From: Eledone cirrhosa
Taxonomy: Eukaryota
Length of the DNA stretch: 64,000 nucleotides
NCBI GenBank assembly: GCA_964016885.1
Contig: OZ024742.1
Span: forward strand, 296,484,001 to 296,548,000
Direction: 5' to 3'
Part shown: positions 39,957 to 52,312 of the stretch, in pieces
Numbering within the stretch: the stretch's first letter is position 1
How the letters are laid out: each line of letters opens with the position of its first letter
The notes under the pieces: generated by a model
Seen by the model: only the letters and a program-made list of their open reading frames with translations
The model's database searches: none
Told to the model about the DNA's origin: nothing
Program-made: the position numbers and the translations under genes

Positions 39957-40847
39957 TATATATATATATTTAGAATTAGTAGAATGTACAACCACTGATT
40001 CCAGCTATTTGCACTATCATATATTTTGGTTTCTAGTAATTCCCTGGGAATTAGGTTGGCCAAATGCTTTGCTTAATTGTTTTATTTATTTATTTTTTTT
40101 TTTTTCCTCTTAGATTTCAGGTATTTTTTGAAAGCAAAGCATTGACCCCTAAAACACTAAGTGGGCCCTGCAATGCTACTGTGGGCCCCCTGGGGCCCAC
40201 TTGCCATCGGGCAACCTGGCAAATCTGCCACTGCTTATAGTATTGCCAATGTTGACATGAAGAGAATACAGGGTGTATCTGATTTAGAATAGGTACACAT
40301 AAGGGTTGGTATATGGACTGAAGAAGGATGAGAGTTACTGGGTAAGAGGAGTAATGGAGTTGAATGCAGAATGAGTAATGGAAGTGGAAGACCAAGAATG
40401 ACATAGCTAAAGACGATAGAGGAGGAAATATAATCCAGGGGTTTGGTGTGAATGGTTCTGGGGTTAAGGCAAAATGTACAAACTGGCAATGAAGCCTGCA
40501 AGGCCAGCCTCTACTTTAACAGGTGTAAAAACGACTTCAAATGTTTGTTGTTGTTTGTAGGTACTGCAGAGAAAGCTTTGGTGATCAATCAACAACATGG
40601 TTAGATTTCAAAAATAATCCATTAGCAAAGGTCTGAATACTACATCTTCCCATTTCTTTTTTCCTAGAGGAATAATGAACCATTATTGTTTCTCTATGGG
40701 AAAGAAATTTTTTACACAAGAAGTTTTTAGTAACACAAGGCTATTTTAAAGTGGAATAAGTTCTATCTTCAATATTTGCCAACCACAAATTATATTTTTT
40801 CAAACCAATATGGGTGAACTATTTTTTTTTTTACTTCTCTTTTCTAG

Positions 40848-40900
40848 ATAGATAATATTAATATTGAATGCCTATCAACAAAAGAACAGCATGATTACTT
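40848..40900 (+). other. Candidate small internal exon of an unidentified host gene
   Basis: Long polypyrimidine tract ending TTTCTAG, a 53-nt segment open in one frame (IDNINIECLSTKEQHDY), and a GTGAGT donor, in non-repeat DNA. No homology recognised. Confidence 0.3.
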
Positions 40901-41959
40901 GTGAGTAATAATCAAAAGAAGTATTTGAATGGTGCCAATATGAGAGGAATATTACTGCAATAATAGATCTGTAGGAGAGTTTCTCTGGTTTGACATAAAC
41001 ACAAAGAATATAGTGCTCAATGGAGCTGGCACTGTTATTTAGGCTGACAGATTTCCTTGTATTAACCCTGGACGATTATATAGAATTGTCCCCAGCAGAA
41101 TAGGCAGATAATTCCAAATGAATCTATTGATTGTGTTTACAAAGGCACATGGACATTTTCCTCAACAAGCAGGTGTGAATAGATCTAAATTAATAGATTT
41201 AAGTGATTACGATGTTGGACACCTGATCATAAGGTTGTGGGTTCAATTCATGCACCAGGTGACACATTGTGTCTTTGAGCATGGCACTTCTTTTCATGTT
41301 GATCCAGTTCACTCAGCTGAAAATGAGTGCTGACACCAGCGAGGAGTTAGTTTTGTGATAGATTTGTATCATAATCAGGGAGCAGAAATATTTTGTATTC
41401 TCAGTTTTTTAATGCCCATGAAACTAGGATAAACTCTGACTTCATCCACCCAGTGCAAAAAGAGAAAAAGAAGGATGTAAAATGATAGTTCTCAGATAAT
41501 AGTGTATTACTGCTCCCTATTGTTGTTAAATGCAGTGAATTTGCAGTGTCCTTAGAGTGTTGGTTGCAGTATTTTTCCTGGCCCTCTGCACCCCAAGTAC
41601 AAATCCTGATGTCAACTTTACCTTTCACCCTTTCGCTGTTAATAAATAGATAGCAGTTCAGGATAGTGGACTTGTAGAATTATTATATTGTCAAATGTGG
41701 GGTCTTGCTATATCGCTTGTGGTCCTTTGCATTCTGAATTTGCCTCTATCACATTTGCCAAACTATGTCAGTCATTAACTTTCCCTTTAACAACATCAGA
41801 CTATCAACCTGCTAAATATGATAGTTAAATCTCACTCAAACCACACCCCTACCACTTAAAAAACAAAAATAACACATTATACAATGTGTTTCCACTCTAA
41901 GAAAATATTGAAACAGTTATGGCTAGAATGCTCTGGCATTTATCCACATTTTTTAAATT

Positions 41960-42325
41960 ATTTTTTTACATCTGCTTTTCCCAGGGTGGGATGGGAACTG
42001 ATTCTGGCTTGATTTCTACAGCTGCATGCCCTTTCTAACACCAACCTCATTTAAAATGAGTGCTGGGTGCTTTTTTTCTGTGGTGCCTACAAGACCACTT
42101 TACACTGTGGGCTGGGTGCTTTTTTGCCATGCCACCTCCATGACCACTTTACAGTGGAATGATAGGGACCTCAGTCCCTATCATCTCATTTCTACAGCTG
42201 AGTAAACTGGAGCAATGTGAAATAAAGTGTCTTACTCAAGGAAACAGCACATCACCCGGTCTGAGAATTGAACTCACAACCTTTCGATTGCAAGCCCAAT
42301 GCTCTAACCACTAAGCCATGTGCCT
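41960..42325 (-). mobile_element. Same CORE-type SINE family
   Basis: Reverse-complement homolog of 60991-61302, with a short internal duplication. Confidence 0.85.
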
Positions 42326-44070
42326 AGTTATTGAAAACTCATTTTGACATTATTGAAATTTATCGTTTAATTTCTAAATCTCTACTTATTAGTACTCTGA
42401 CTTCACCACGATTCATAGTCATATAAATGATAAAATCATTGATATCCTTATTCATGCTTGAAGGGCTCTGCTCTTCAGCAAACATTTAACCATGATAAAA
42501 ATGTCAGGCACCACAGGTTCATTCCATATAATTTTGGGTTTGTTATATATAGCAGGCATGTGTAAACCAGACACACAAAATAATTGCTACAACAAATATA
42601 GGATTACATCAAGATTATGGTCTGTCTGTTTCCCAACATGAAATCAGACATACACTAGAATAATTTAAGATAGACCTCATTATAACATTTAAGAAGTTCG
42701 ACTTAAAAATAACCATCACTACTAACCTTAGCATAATAAATTCCTTAAACATCATCTTAGATTTAAGCACAGTTAAGTAAAATGGTATAATAAAACCATT
42801 AAAATAACTATCAGCTTCTGCTATGGTTTTAAAAAGTAAGTGGAACTCCAAATTCTCATCTAACAAAGAAATTTATTCTATATTTTAATTGAAGCTATGT
42901 CTGCCCCTCAATGCACACTACTTGAGACACTGATAGTTTCAAATGATATTTCTATCACTAGTTAACTATTGGCATTAATCTAACATACTGCCTGCAAACA
43001 CAGTACTTAATATAGACTCTGTAACTATATCACAATTGATATTGCTTTCTTTGTTGATTATGAAATATTTCTTATTAACACTTATGTATTGCATCGCAAA
43101 TATAAAGAACATATGCACACACATTCTCATACAAACATACTACACACATATATGTATATATATGTATATCAGGATTTTACACATCCTTTCTCTCTCTATG
43201 TATATATATATACATATATATATATATACATACACATACATGCATACATCTTACTCAATGACTATTTAAATTAAATTGAAAAATGCATTGAAAATAAAAG
43301 CTGTTATCTCCTTCGAGATATTGTTTAAATTAAATAGGCATTAATATAGAAGTGACCAACATTGATAATGTAGCGTTATAGAAACACTGTTATCTCTTTT
43401 ATTATTCGTATGCTGCCTCTAATAACGATTAATATAAATGAAAATCTAATTAATATTTTAAATTAAGAAATATGTTATATCAACAAATCTAAGTGTGTCT
43501 TCTTAGACAGAAACAAATATATATTTGAATAAAATACACGTATATAATCTCACCTTTATTCTCTTGTGAAGATGATTAAAACTTACTGTATATACTTGTG
43601 TAAAAGTCAAATTTCTTTCACCATTTTTAAGGTTAAATGTATGTGGTCGATTATTATATAGATACTATTTTTGAGGGGCTTGCAATTTAAGCTAGAATCC
43701 AAAGTACCAAATCAGTAGCAGAAGCCCAACTAATTTCTAAATGAATAAAAACAAGAACACAATAAATTACAATATTATTACCGATTCTATGTATAACGGA
43801 ATACTCCTATGTTTTACAGGCGAAGATTCGAAACCGAATTTGAGGTTTCTCGCCTCTGGGACCATCCATTATTGGAAGGTTCCCACCATTGTCCTGTCAA
43901 GTCAACGACAATAAATGTACATACCACTTGACCTGTTATTCCAGCTTCCTGGGAGACGATATCCACATGGCTGATCATAAAACACCCTCATATATACATC
44001 ATTCTAATTTAGGAGATTCGTATCGGTGTACATATAAAATTATTAGAAAAGACAATAAATGCCGGTGTGT

Positions 44071-44418
44071 TGTGACAAGGTTTTTACTTCACAGAAGTCA
44101 AAGGGATTAATATAAATGAATCATTACCCGTGGGTCACAACTCCTTGGCTGAAGTGTGTGGAGAAGAACAGAGATCTTCTCTTGGTGGCGAAGGATTATG
44201 AGAAAGGAATCATCTCATGATAAGGTCGCAGGTGTTATTACCACTTTGGGATTCAGGAGGCGAGAGAGATAGATCGTCCTAACCTGTTCCTTTTATAGGG
44301 TCTGACCGGAAGTGACCAACAGGGTTCTATCACCCCCCAAAGGGAAGCAACTCCAGCTACTTCCTGTCTAGAGAGCGGTGATGAGATTGTCATGATAAGG
44401 GAGGCAACTCTTGCTACA
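44071..44418 (-). repeat. 348-bp 3' LTR
   Basis: On the minus strand it begins TGTAGCAAG and ends CTTGTCACA (imperfect terminal inverted repeat), contains TATAAAA, and is preceded by the PPT-like tract. Confidence 0.7.
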
Positions 44419-45109
44419 TTACTTCCCGCCAGATTTTTAAAACATAAAAATCGAATGAAGCATGCATGGAGTAAGATGGCGAGCATGTAAGAGGCATGAA
44501 AATTATGATACAATGTAATCAAAGTAAGAGAAGAGGTCAAAGTTCAAATGTTCAGAATACAGTTCACATGTGTGCAATCACATGACAGCAGGAAAGAATG
44601 TGTTCCAGAGAATGAATGCAGGTGGTTTCTGGTCTGTGGTATAACGTGAAATTTCCAACTTCCGAAGGGAATTTCTCACAGGAAGAGTGCTACAGAAATA
44701 AATTCTCTGGCTTGTTCTGCTGGTTTTGGTTGTTGATGAAGCTGTGTTGTTGTTGTTGATGTTGTGAATGCTGGAAGGGTCAAGAGGCTAGCGACCAGAG
44801 AAATAAGCATTCAGAATAAATGCGCAGTTTTCAACGGCAAATTTACGTGGTAAATTTTTAAACCGGCAAATAGAAGAATATAGCTTGGTGGAAAGAATAA
44901 GCAATAGGTGAGATTCAGCGAAAATAAGTGTTCATGTCGAAATGTGTAAAAAAAAATCAAATTTCTTTTTAAATGTTCGTTGTAAGAAGAAACGAAAACC
45001 ATATATATACATCCAGTGAAATGGTAATGAGAGGCACATAGTAATACAATAAAGAAAGAAATAACAAGAACAGCAAAAAAAAATAAGGCTCCAGTGGCCA
45101 GTTCACATA

Positions 45110-46580
45110 AAAATATTTGGCAGAACTTTTTGAGCCAGTGGACTCTCCGACCGGAACGGGTCGTAATCTTGATTGTAGGTGAAGGTGGGGCAGAAGGAGC
45201 AGGTGTATGCACAAGAGAGAAAGATTGGTGTATTTGTGGCTCGGGTGTATGAGCGTCATTGTGTGCCCTTTTTAGTCTATCCACCGAAATTGTCTCTCTG
45301 GACCCCTTAACGTCTACAGTGAAATGTTTGTCAGTACGTGATAACACACGGTAGGGTCCAGAGTATGGTTGTGTGAGGGGTGGTCTCACAGCATCGTTCC
45401 TTACGAACACATGGGTCCACGAGGCAATATCCCTCGGGACCGCAGGTTTTACAGTTTGTTTCCTCGTATCCATCGGCGGCAGGTCCTGAAAATAAGAAAG
45501 CAGACGGGATACGTAGGAAAGCGGATCTTGGAAAGCAAGATCAACAGGGGCAAGCATTTGCCCAGGCAACGCTAGCGGAGCACCGTAAAGTAATTCGGCC
45601 GGGGAGAACCCAAGGTCCTCCATTATTGATGACCGAATTCCTAACAACACAATAGGAAGGTACTCGCTCCAACGTTGAGAGTCTGGATAGGCGCGAAGAG
45701 CGGCCTTTAATTGGCGGTGGAATCGCTCCACCATTCCATTTGAAGCAGGATGATAGGCTGTGGTCCGAATCCGTTGAGCTCCAATTATCTTTGTGAGCTC
45801 AGAGAAGAGATGGGACTCGAATTGTCTACCACGGTCTGTGGTGAGTGTAGTTGGTACCCCAAAGCGGGTAATCCACCCTGATACCAGGGCACGTGCTACA
45901 GTCTCAGCAGTCATGTCTTGTAACGGGATGGCTTCAGGCCATCGCGAAAAACGATCGACACATGTCAATATGTGTGAATATCCACTGCTGAATGGCCAAG
46001 GTCCAACGAAGTCAATGTGTATGTGCTGAAACCGAGCATCAGGAGTACTGAAAGTACCAAGTGGAGTCCGGATGTGTCTATGGATTTTCGATTTCTGGCA
46101 AGCGATGCAGGAACGGCACCAAGCAGCAATGTTGCGTCTCATATTTGGCCAGAAGAATCTGGCTGTTATGAGCTTTACTGTGGCAGCAGATCCTGGGTGA
46201 GAAATGTTTTGGAAAGCCAGGAACACAATTCGACGGTGAGTCTCAGGAACAAGTGGTCGTGGTGAATCCGTAGATACATGACATAGAATCTGCCTGTCGG
46301 TGGTGGACAAGGGCAGATATTTGAAAATGCAAGTCGCAAATTCAGCAGAAAGAGTGTCCAACGATTGGAGTGCAGGTTGGTCTGCAGCTAAACGACCTAA
46401 GTCGATCTCCTGGGATGACGAGATGGAGCTGATTGTCAAACGTGACAATGCGTCTGCAGCTATGTTGTGCGAGCCGGCAATGTGCTGGATATCGTTTGTA
46501 AATTGTGAAACGTAGTCCAGGTGCCTTGTCTCTCTGGGCGAATATCTGTCGGCTTTGGCCCTCAAAGCGAAGGTCAATGA
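45110..46580 (-). pseudogene. Gypsy integrase (zinc-binding region, DDE core, GPY/F)
   Basis: Uninterrupted frame within ORF 44811-46598. The first His of the HHCC motif reads Q. The ORF tail beyond TRSGRRVHW looks like read-through into T-rich UTR. No gag, protease or RT upstream. Confidence 0.88.
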
Positions 46581-47149
46581 CCTCAAGCTAGCCAGCAAAT
46601 TAATGTAGTGATAAATTCTGTCACATATTGTTATTGTAAAATAAACATTGTCAACATCACAATCATGATATTATTCTTTTCATCAAACATAAATCAAAGA
46701 ATAGCACTATCTGCTACATATGTATCACAACACATGTCCTAGTAAATAACAAAATCCATAAACAAGGTTGCGTTGCTTTTATAAATATCTACACTTGGTC
46801 TTTACCCATATCCATCAAACTTAACAGACTAGCTTAGTGTAATCAACTTATATGTCATGATTAATATATGTTACCTACCATGCCACTACCTACTGTAATA
46901 CTGTGCACATAGTCGAGACCTGCTTGGTGTGTTTTCACATCACAACTCTCGGTGTTTTACTACTAGCGCCAAGTATTCTAGCTATAGGGCGGGTTACGTT
47001 AAGCTAAGCAAGCGTTTGGGTAAATTTTAGTTTGAGACATGTATTTGCAATAATATAAATTTGCCTTAAATTCATGATGATTTTGTAACAATGTTATTTC
47101 AATGTACAGGATGATATCTTGACCCACATATGTTGGCTGTTATCCATGA

Positions 47150-47255
47150 AATAATAGTGTCGACTATTATACAAGGTCTATTGAAAATTCCAGATTTTTC
47201 GTCCCCAAAAAGGGGTCAACTTTTACATGAGATCAACTATTGCTCGAGTATATAC
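47150..47255. mobile_element. Right terminus of a Tc2/pogo-like MITE
   Basis: GTCGACTATTATAC...GGGTCAACTTTTACATGAGATCAACTATTGCTCGAGTATATAC resembles termini of this class (recalled, not searched). Confidence 0.45.
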
Positions 47256-47534
47256 ATATATCTCAATTTCTCTAACACATTTCAGAGTTATACACATTTC
47301 CCATTTCACAAGTGACTTTATTGAGATGCTATTTTGAAACTGAAAAACATTAACTAAGGGAGATATATGAGGACATTTGGTGGGCCAGTTAACATGGGCC
47401 TGAGATTTTGAGGTGTCTACTAGCTTCAGATTTTAGTTTTATCACTTATAAATGCACATGTAAATATTTGTAACCTAATCAGAAATTATATGAATTTAAC
47501 ACTAATTCCTAAAATACTTTGAGCAGTTTGAAAT

Positions 47535-47910
47535 GGGGCCTACATTTCACATCTGATCAGGGTCTGTTATAAACATTGGAGGCCTACATTTTATATCTGG
47601 CCTGAACCTATTACTAGCTGTGGGAGAGCTACAATTTATATTGGTCTAGGCTAATTACTAGCTTTAGGGTTCTAGAGTTTACTTATGACTTGAACCTATT
47701 ATCAGATTTGAGAGCACATGTTTTTTTTAAATCTGGCCTGGGTCTATTACTACCCTTAATGACATGAGTTGATTGCCAGGTTGGTGTGTGGGGACAATAT
47801 TTTACATATAACCTGTTCCTGTTACCAACTTCGTTGATCCTTCATTTTATATTTGGCCTAGACTTATTACCAGCTATGGGCCTACAATGTACACCTGACC
47901 TAAGCCTAGT
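47535..47910. repeat. Degenerate ~44-bp minisatellite
   Basis: Recurring GGCCTACATTTTATATCTGGCCT...CTATTACTAGCT-like units. Confidence 0.65.
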
Positions 47911-48031
47911 CGCAGTTTTGCACAGGCTAGGTCATTATAGCCATTTAAAACACCCATATACCCTTATATACTTTTGTTTTACTTTTTAAAAGTACTGTAT
48001 ACGAGGAATGTATGTCTGACAAAACTGACAA

Positions 48032-48933
48032 TCTATATATATATAAAACTGAGGATGTCTGTTTGTGTGTGTGTGAGTTTGAATCCTTAAAACTCGAGAA
48101 ACACCCAACCGACTGTTTTCAAACTTTACACATGTAATACTTATGTTTCAGGGAGTGTTCTGAGCAAACAAAAATTTCAAATTTTCAATGCCGTAGGGAC
48201 CGCATTAGGCGATTTAACGATCTCTCTCTATAATTCTTAGTCTTTCTCTCTTTAGATAGATACATACATATAACGTCGCGCCCTTATAATATCTGTCTGT
48301 ATGTCTGGCTGTCTGCATTACGTCACTTCCCTGAGGATGTCTGTGTGTGTCTGTGTCTGTGAGTTTGAATCCCTAAAACTCGAGAAATACTTAACCAACT
48401 CTTTTCAAACTTTGCATGTGTATTACTTATGTTTCAGGGAGTGTTATGCACATACAAAAATTCAACTTTTTGATACCCTAGGGCCCGCATTAGGTGAAAA
48501 ACTGCGGGTTTTCAGGTTTTTAGGTTTTTTTGTGGCGTTACGTCAGACCGATTTCCTTGAAATTGTAAATATGTATTAGTCAGTCTCTTCTTCATACCGT
48601 GAGCAAAGAAAATTCAATTTTTTTATGGCCTAGGGCCCACATTAGGTGAAAAACTTCATTTTTTCAGCTCTTTAGGGCTTTTTTCCCGAAATTTCAAGGC
48701 ATAATATTCACATAGAAAAATTCATTTTCTTGAACCCCTAGGGCCCGCATTAGGTTAAAACCTGCATTTTTCTTGCTTCATTGAGTAAAATCTTAAAGAT
48801 TATCCAGCCATCAGAGTATTCGGTTTATTTCCTTTACATATGGTCCAGGCATGCAGTTTTTCAATGATTAGGTCTGTTGGCGGCCCGCATTCCAAAGTAC
48901 CTTATCCTGAGCAACGCCGGGTACCACTGCTAG
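48032..48933 (+). mobile_element. Non-autonomous Helitron
   Basis: A|TC 5' end (TCTATATATATATAAAACTGAGGATGTCTG), subterminal hairpin CCTGAGCAACGCCGGG at 48906-48921, CTAG|T 3' end. Internal duplication 48049-48215 / 48331-48500 and repeated CCTAGGGCCCGCATTAGG units. Confidence 0.85.
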
Positions 48934-49829
48934 TATACAATAAAAAATACTATCACAAAATAAACACAAATAAAGGAAATGTTATAATTAAAAAGACTTT
49001 TGTTGGTTTGTACAATGAGTGTTCTTGTGATTCTGTCAATGGAATGACATACTCATTCAATTTTATTTACATATATACTGTTTACTTTAAACTATTTCAT
49101 AAACATATTTCTAATGAAAGACATTACCTATCATTTTCAATCTTGAACATAACCAAGAATTTGAAGTGATTTAATAATATAACTAACTTTTTTATTATTA
49201 AGTAGGTGTTCAGAACATAAAAGGATCTTACATAAAATTATGACGGAAGGTTTTTAGTTAAATATAAACTCTTTAAAATAAATAGCTTTGTGTCATAGAA
49301 CCAGGTGTGGTGCCAGTTGTATGGGTATAAAAAGAGTTAATGGTTTTCTTGGACATTAAGTTGATTAATACAAGAGAGGGAACTTTGGAAGGACTCAGAA
49401 AATTGTTAACGTTTATATCATAGAACCATCATGAGTGCTTTCTGGCAGTTTAATATCAAATAAGTTTACCCCCTTTTTACCATATTTCTAATAAAAGATA
49501 CGGCCTATGATTTTCAAGTGGTTGGGAAAATAATCAAGAATTTGGAGGGTTTTAGTAATATCTCTTTCACATAATCATGATGGAAGATTCTTGGATACCC
49601 CCCCCCCCAAATGTCGAGACAACTTAGAATAAAGAGGACTTCTGAAAACTGTTGAATACCTGAAAGTACCTCTAGTGTTGGTATCACAATAAAATTCACC
49701 TGTAACGTAGGGAAGGTGCAAAGTTAAAATGCATCCAGTACACTCTGTAAAATGGTAGAAATAGTGCCATGATAAAATGCACCCAGTACACATATGAGCA
49801 AGATGCGATCTCTCTGATTTTGTCTAGTC

Positions 49830-51010
49830 TGAAAAAAACAAAAACAACAACAAGACTCCAATGGGAGTTTCAGCACCGGATCTTCTGTGTCAAATACTAC
49901 TATATGTGTGGTTCATACAAGCAGGTCCAGGAGCAATTTCATGCATATTTTGGAACAGACAGATTTCCCTTTAAAACCTTTATACAAAAGTGGTGGAAGA
50001 AGTCCAAGACACATGGAACAGTGGAGGACTTCAATATAATATCTGAGAACCAACCCAGGAAGCGTACACTGGAAGTCATTGGCATTGTTTGAGAGTCTGT
50101 TGAACAGAGCCCAAAATGGTCACTCTGCAGAAGCCAATCCTTGGGTCTCTTCACAGAAACTTGCAGAAGGGTTGTTGAAGAGGATTGTAAGAAATATCAC
50201 TTCAGAATACAGACTAAACAAAAGCTTATTGTAGCTCATAAAACCAAGAGAAAGGTTATGGCTGAGAAAATGCTGGAGAAGATAGAAAACAACCCCAATT
50301 TTCTGAATTTGCTGTGGACCTCTGATGAAGCCAATTCTAATGACAATGTGTTCTGGGGGGGTCAGACAAGTCCAATGAAGGGGCTGTGAAACCTCTTCAC
50401 TCAACTAATTGTACTGTATGGGCTGCATTTCTGAGAGAAGGCTGACTGGCCTACTTTTTCTTCAAAGAAAATGTTGTCACTGCTACAGGCACAAAGGAAC
50501 ACAATGTGGAGGTCCTGAAATACTTCAAAAAGCAGCTACAGACCATGGACCCATTTCCAATGAATATGTTCTGGCTCCAGCAAACAGAGTAACCCTTTAC
50601 ACGTCCAACGAGTTTGAGTGGGCCCCCACCCCACACAGCTTTGATTTAAAGTTCTGATTTATTTTTGGGGGGTTATCTGAAGGATAGGATATATGTCAAC
50701 AAACCAAGGATAATCACTGAACTAAAGCAAACATCAGAGAAGAGAGCAGAGCCATCTCTATGCCTGTTTGTAAAGACGTTATGCTAAATTTCCCCATGTG
50801 CTTTAAAAAATGGAGGGATTCAAATAAGATCTCTTGGAATATGTGTAGTAACTTTGGACAAAAACATCAGAAGATAGTGAATGTTTGATATATTGTTTTG
50901 TTATTTTGATATATTGAAAATATATTCAGAGTTTCGTCAGTTTTTGTTAAAAAATGAATAATGTTGACAAAAATACAAGTGGGGACAGTTTTTTTAATAT
51001 TTCCCTTGTA
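49830..51010 (+). mobile_element. Decayed Tc1/mariner transposon
   Basis: Fragmented frames QHRIFCVKYY...KWWKK...GTV, RKRT, WTSDEA, KPLHS..TVWAA, EWAP and GYLKDRIYVNKP. Right TIR-like end ...CCCTTG-TA at ~51010. Confidence 0.8.
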
Positions 51011-51409
51011 TATAGAAAGACAAACATAAACACCTGCATACATAGATATCAAGATGTATACATAGAAGTGCAAATACTTATACACACACATAGAAACATA
51101 CATGTGCACAAACACATGCTTGCAACATGGACATACATACACATATGTATGTGATATGTCACATGAGTGAGAAATAACTAAAATATTGTATGTAACCAGT
51201 CAAAACATAAAATTGTTATGCATAAAAACAACAACAGCCATAACAGTAACAACAGCAATACCAACTCATAGATCAAAAGTAATAAATTTATTATAAAAAC
51301 TCTAGTAATAGCTTCATTTCAGAACTATGAAACTATAAAAAAAACTTTCATTTGTAAAGTTAGGAAAGGTTAAATGGATTGCAAAAACAAATTGTCTGGG
51401 AAATGGAGG

Positions 51410-52142
51410 ATTAAAAACAGCAACAGTAAGAACAACTGCAACAAGAGCAATGACAACAACCACATCAGTAACAACAACAACAACTGCAATAAGAACTATG
51501 ACCCAAATAACAACTGACAAGGGCAACAACAAGAACAACTACAAGAGCAACAATAATAACAACAATAGTTGCAACAAGAACAACAATAATAATTGCAACA
51601 AGAGCAACAATACTACTCCCACCACCATTAATAATAATAAGGATAATAATAATAATTATGATGATGATGATAATAATGATAATGATAATAATAATGATAA
51701 CACAGTAATTTTGACTTACTAAATCTTTCTAATATATTTGCATTTGTTTGTTTTTCAGAATTGCACACACATACATTCTGTGGAAGTATATATATATATA
51801 TATCATCATCAACAACAACACACACACACACACTCACACACACACAACAACAAAAACAACAGTAGTAATAATAATAATAATAATATTAATAAAAATAATG
51901 CTTTCTTTATTAACCAATGATACAGTCACTGAGTTAAAGATACATAAAGCATTTTGTTTTTTTTCCCCGATTCTTCTATAATGTGATACAGAATCTATTT
52001 GTATATATGTTGTTTTACATATAAATATATATATATATTTATATGTTTTCTTACATATAAATAATATAGAATTATATGTATATATATTTATGTGTATTTA
52101 TACATATCATTGTAGATATTTACATGTATATCTATTTATACG

Positions 52143-52173
<31 letters not shown>

Positions 52174-52312
52174 CTGTATTTATACATATAAAAGTAGATA
52201 TATTTATATATATCTATTTATATGTATATAGATTTATGTGTAATTATACATATAAATGTATATAGATTTATGTGTATTTATTCATATAAATGTATATATA
52301 TATTTATATATA
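51410..52312. repeat. Low-complexity block: (AAC)/(AAT) repeats followed by degenerate TA-rich repeat
   Basis: Direct inspection. Confidence 0.85.

Larger units (their letters stand above)
44071..46580 (-). mobile_element. Ty3/gypsy LTR retrotransposon 3' fragment (end of RNase H, integrase, 3' UTR, PPT, 3' LTR)
   Basis: The ORF has [12 protein letters not shown]...[37 protein letters not shown] and TRSGR. A purine tract GGCGGGAAG lies just before the LTR. Confidence 0.9.

Noticed and set aside
50321-50340. CTGATGA as a hammerhead core (also at 11679, 15665, 23540, 28730)
   Set aside because: No stem II plus GAAA follows. The 50321 instance encodes the transposase SDEA motif.
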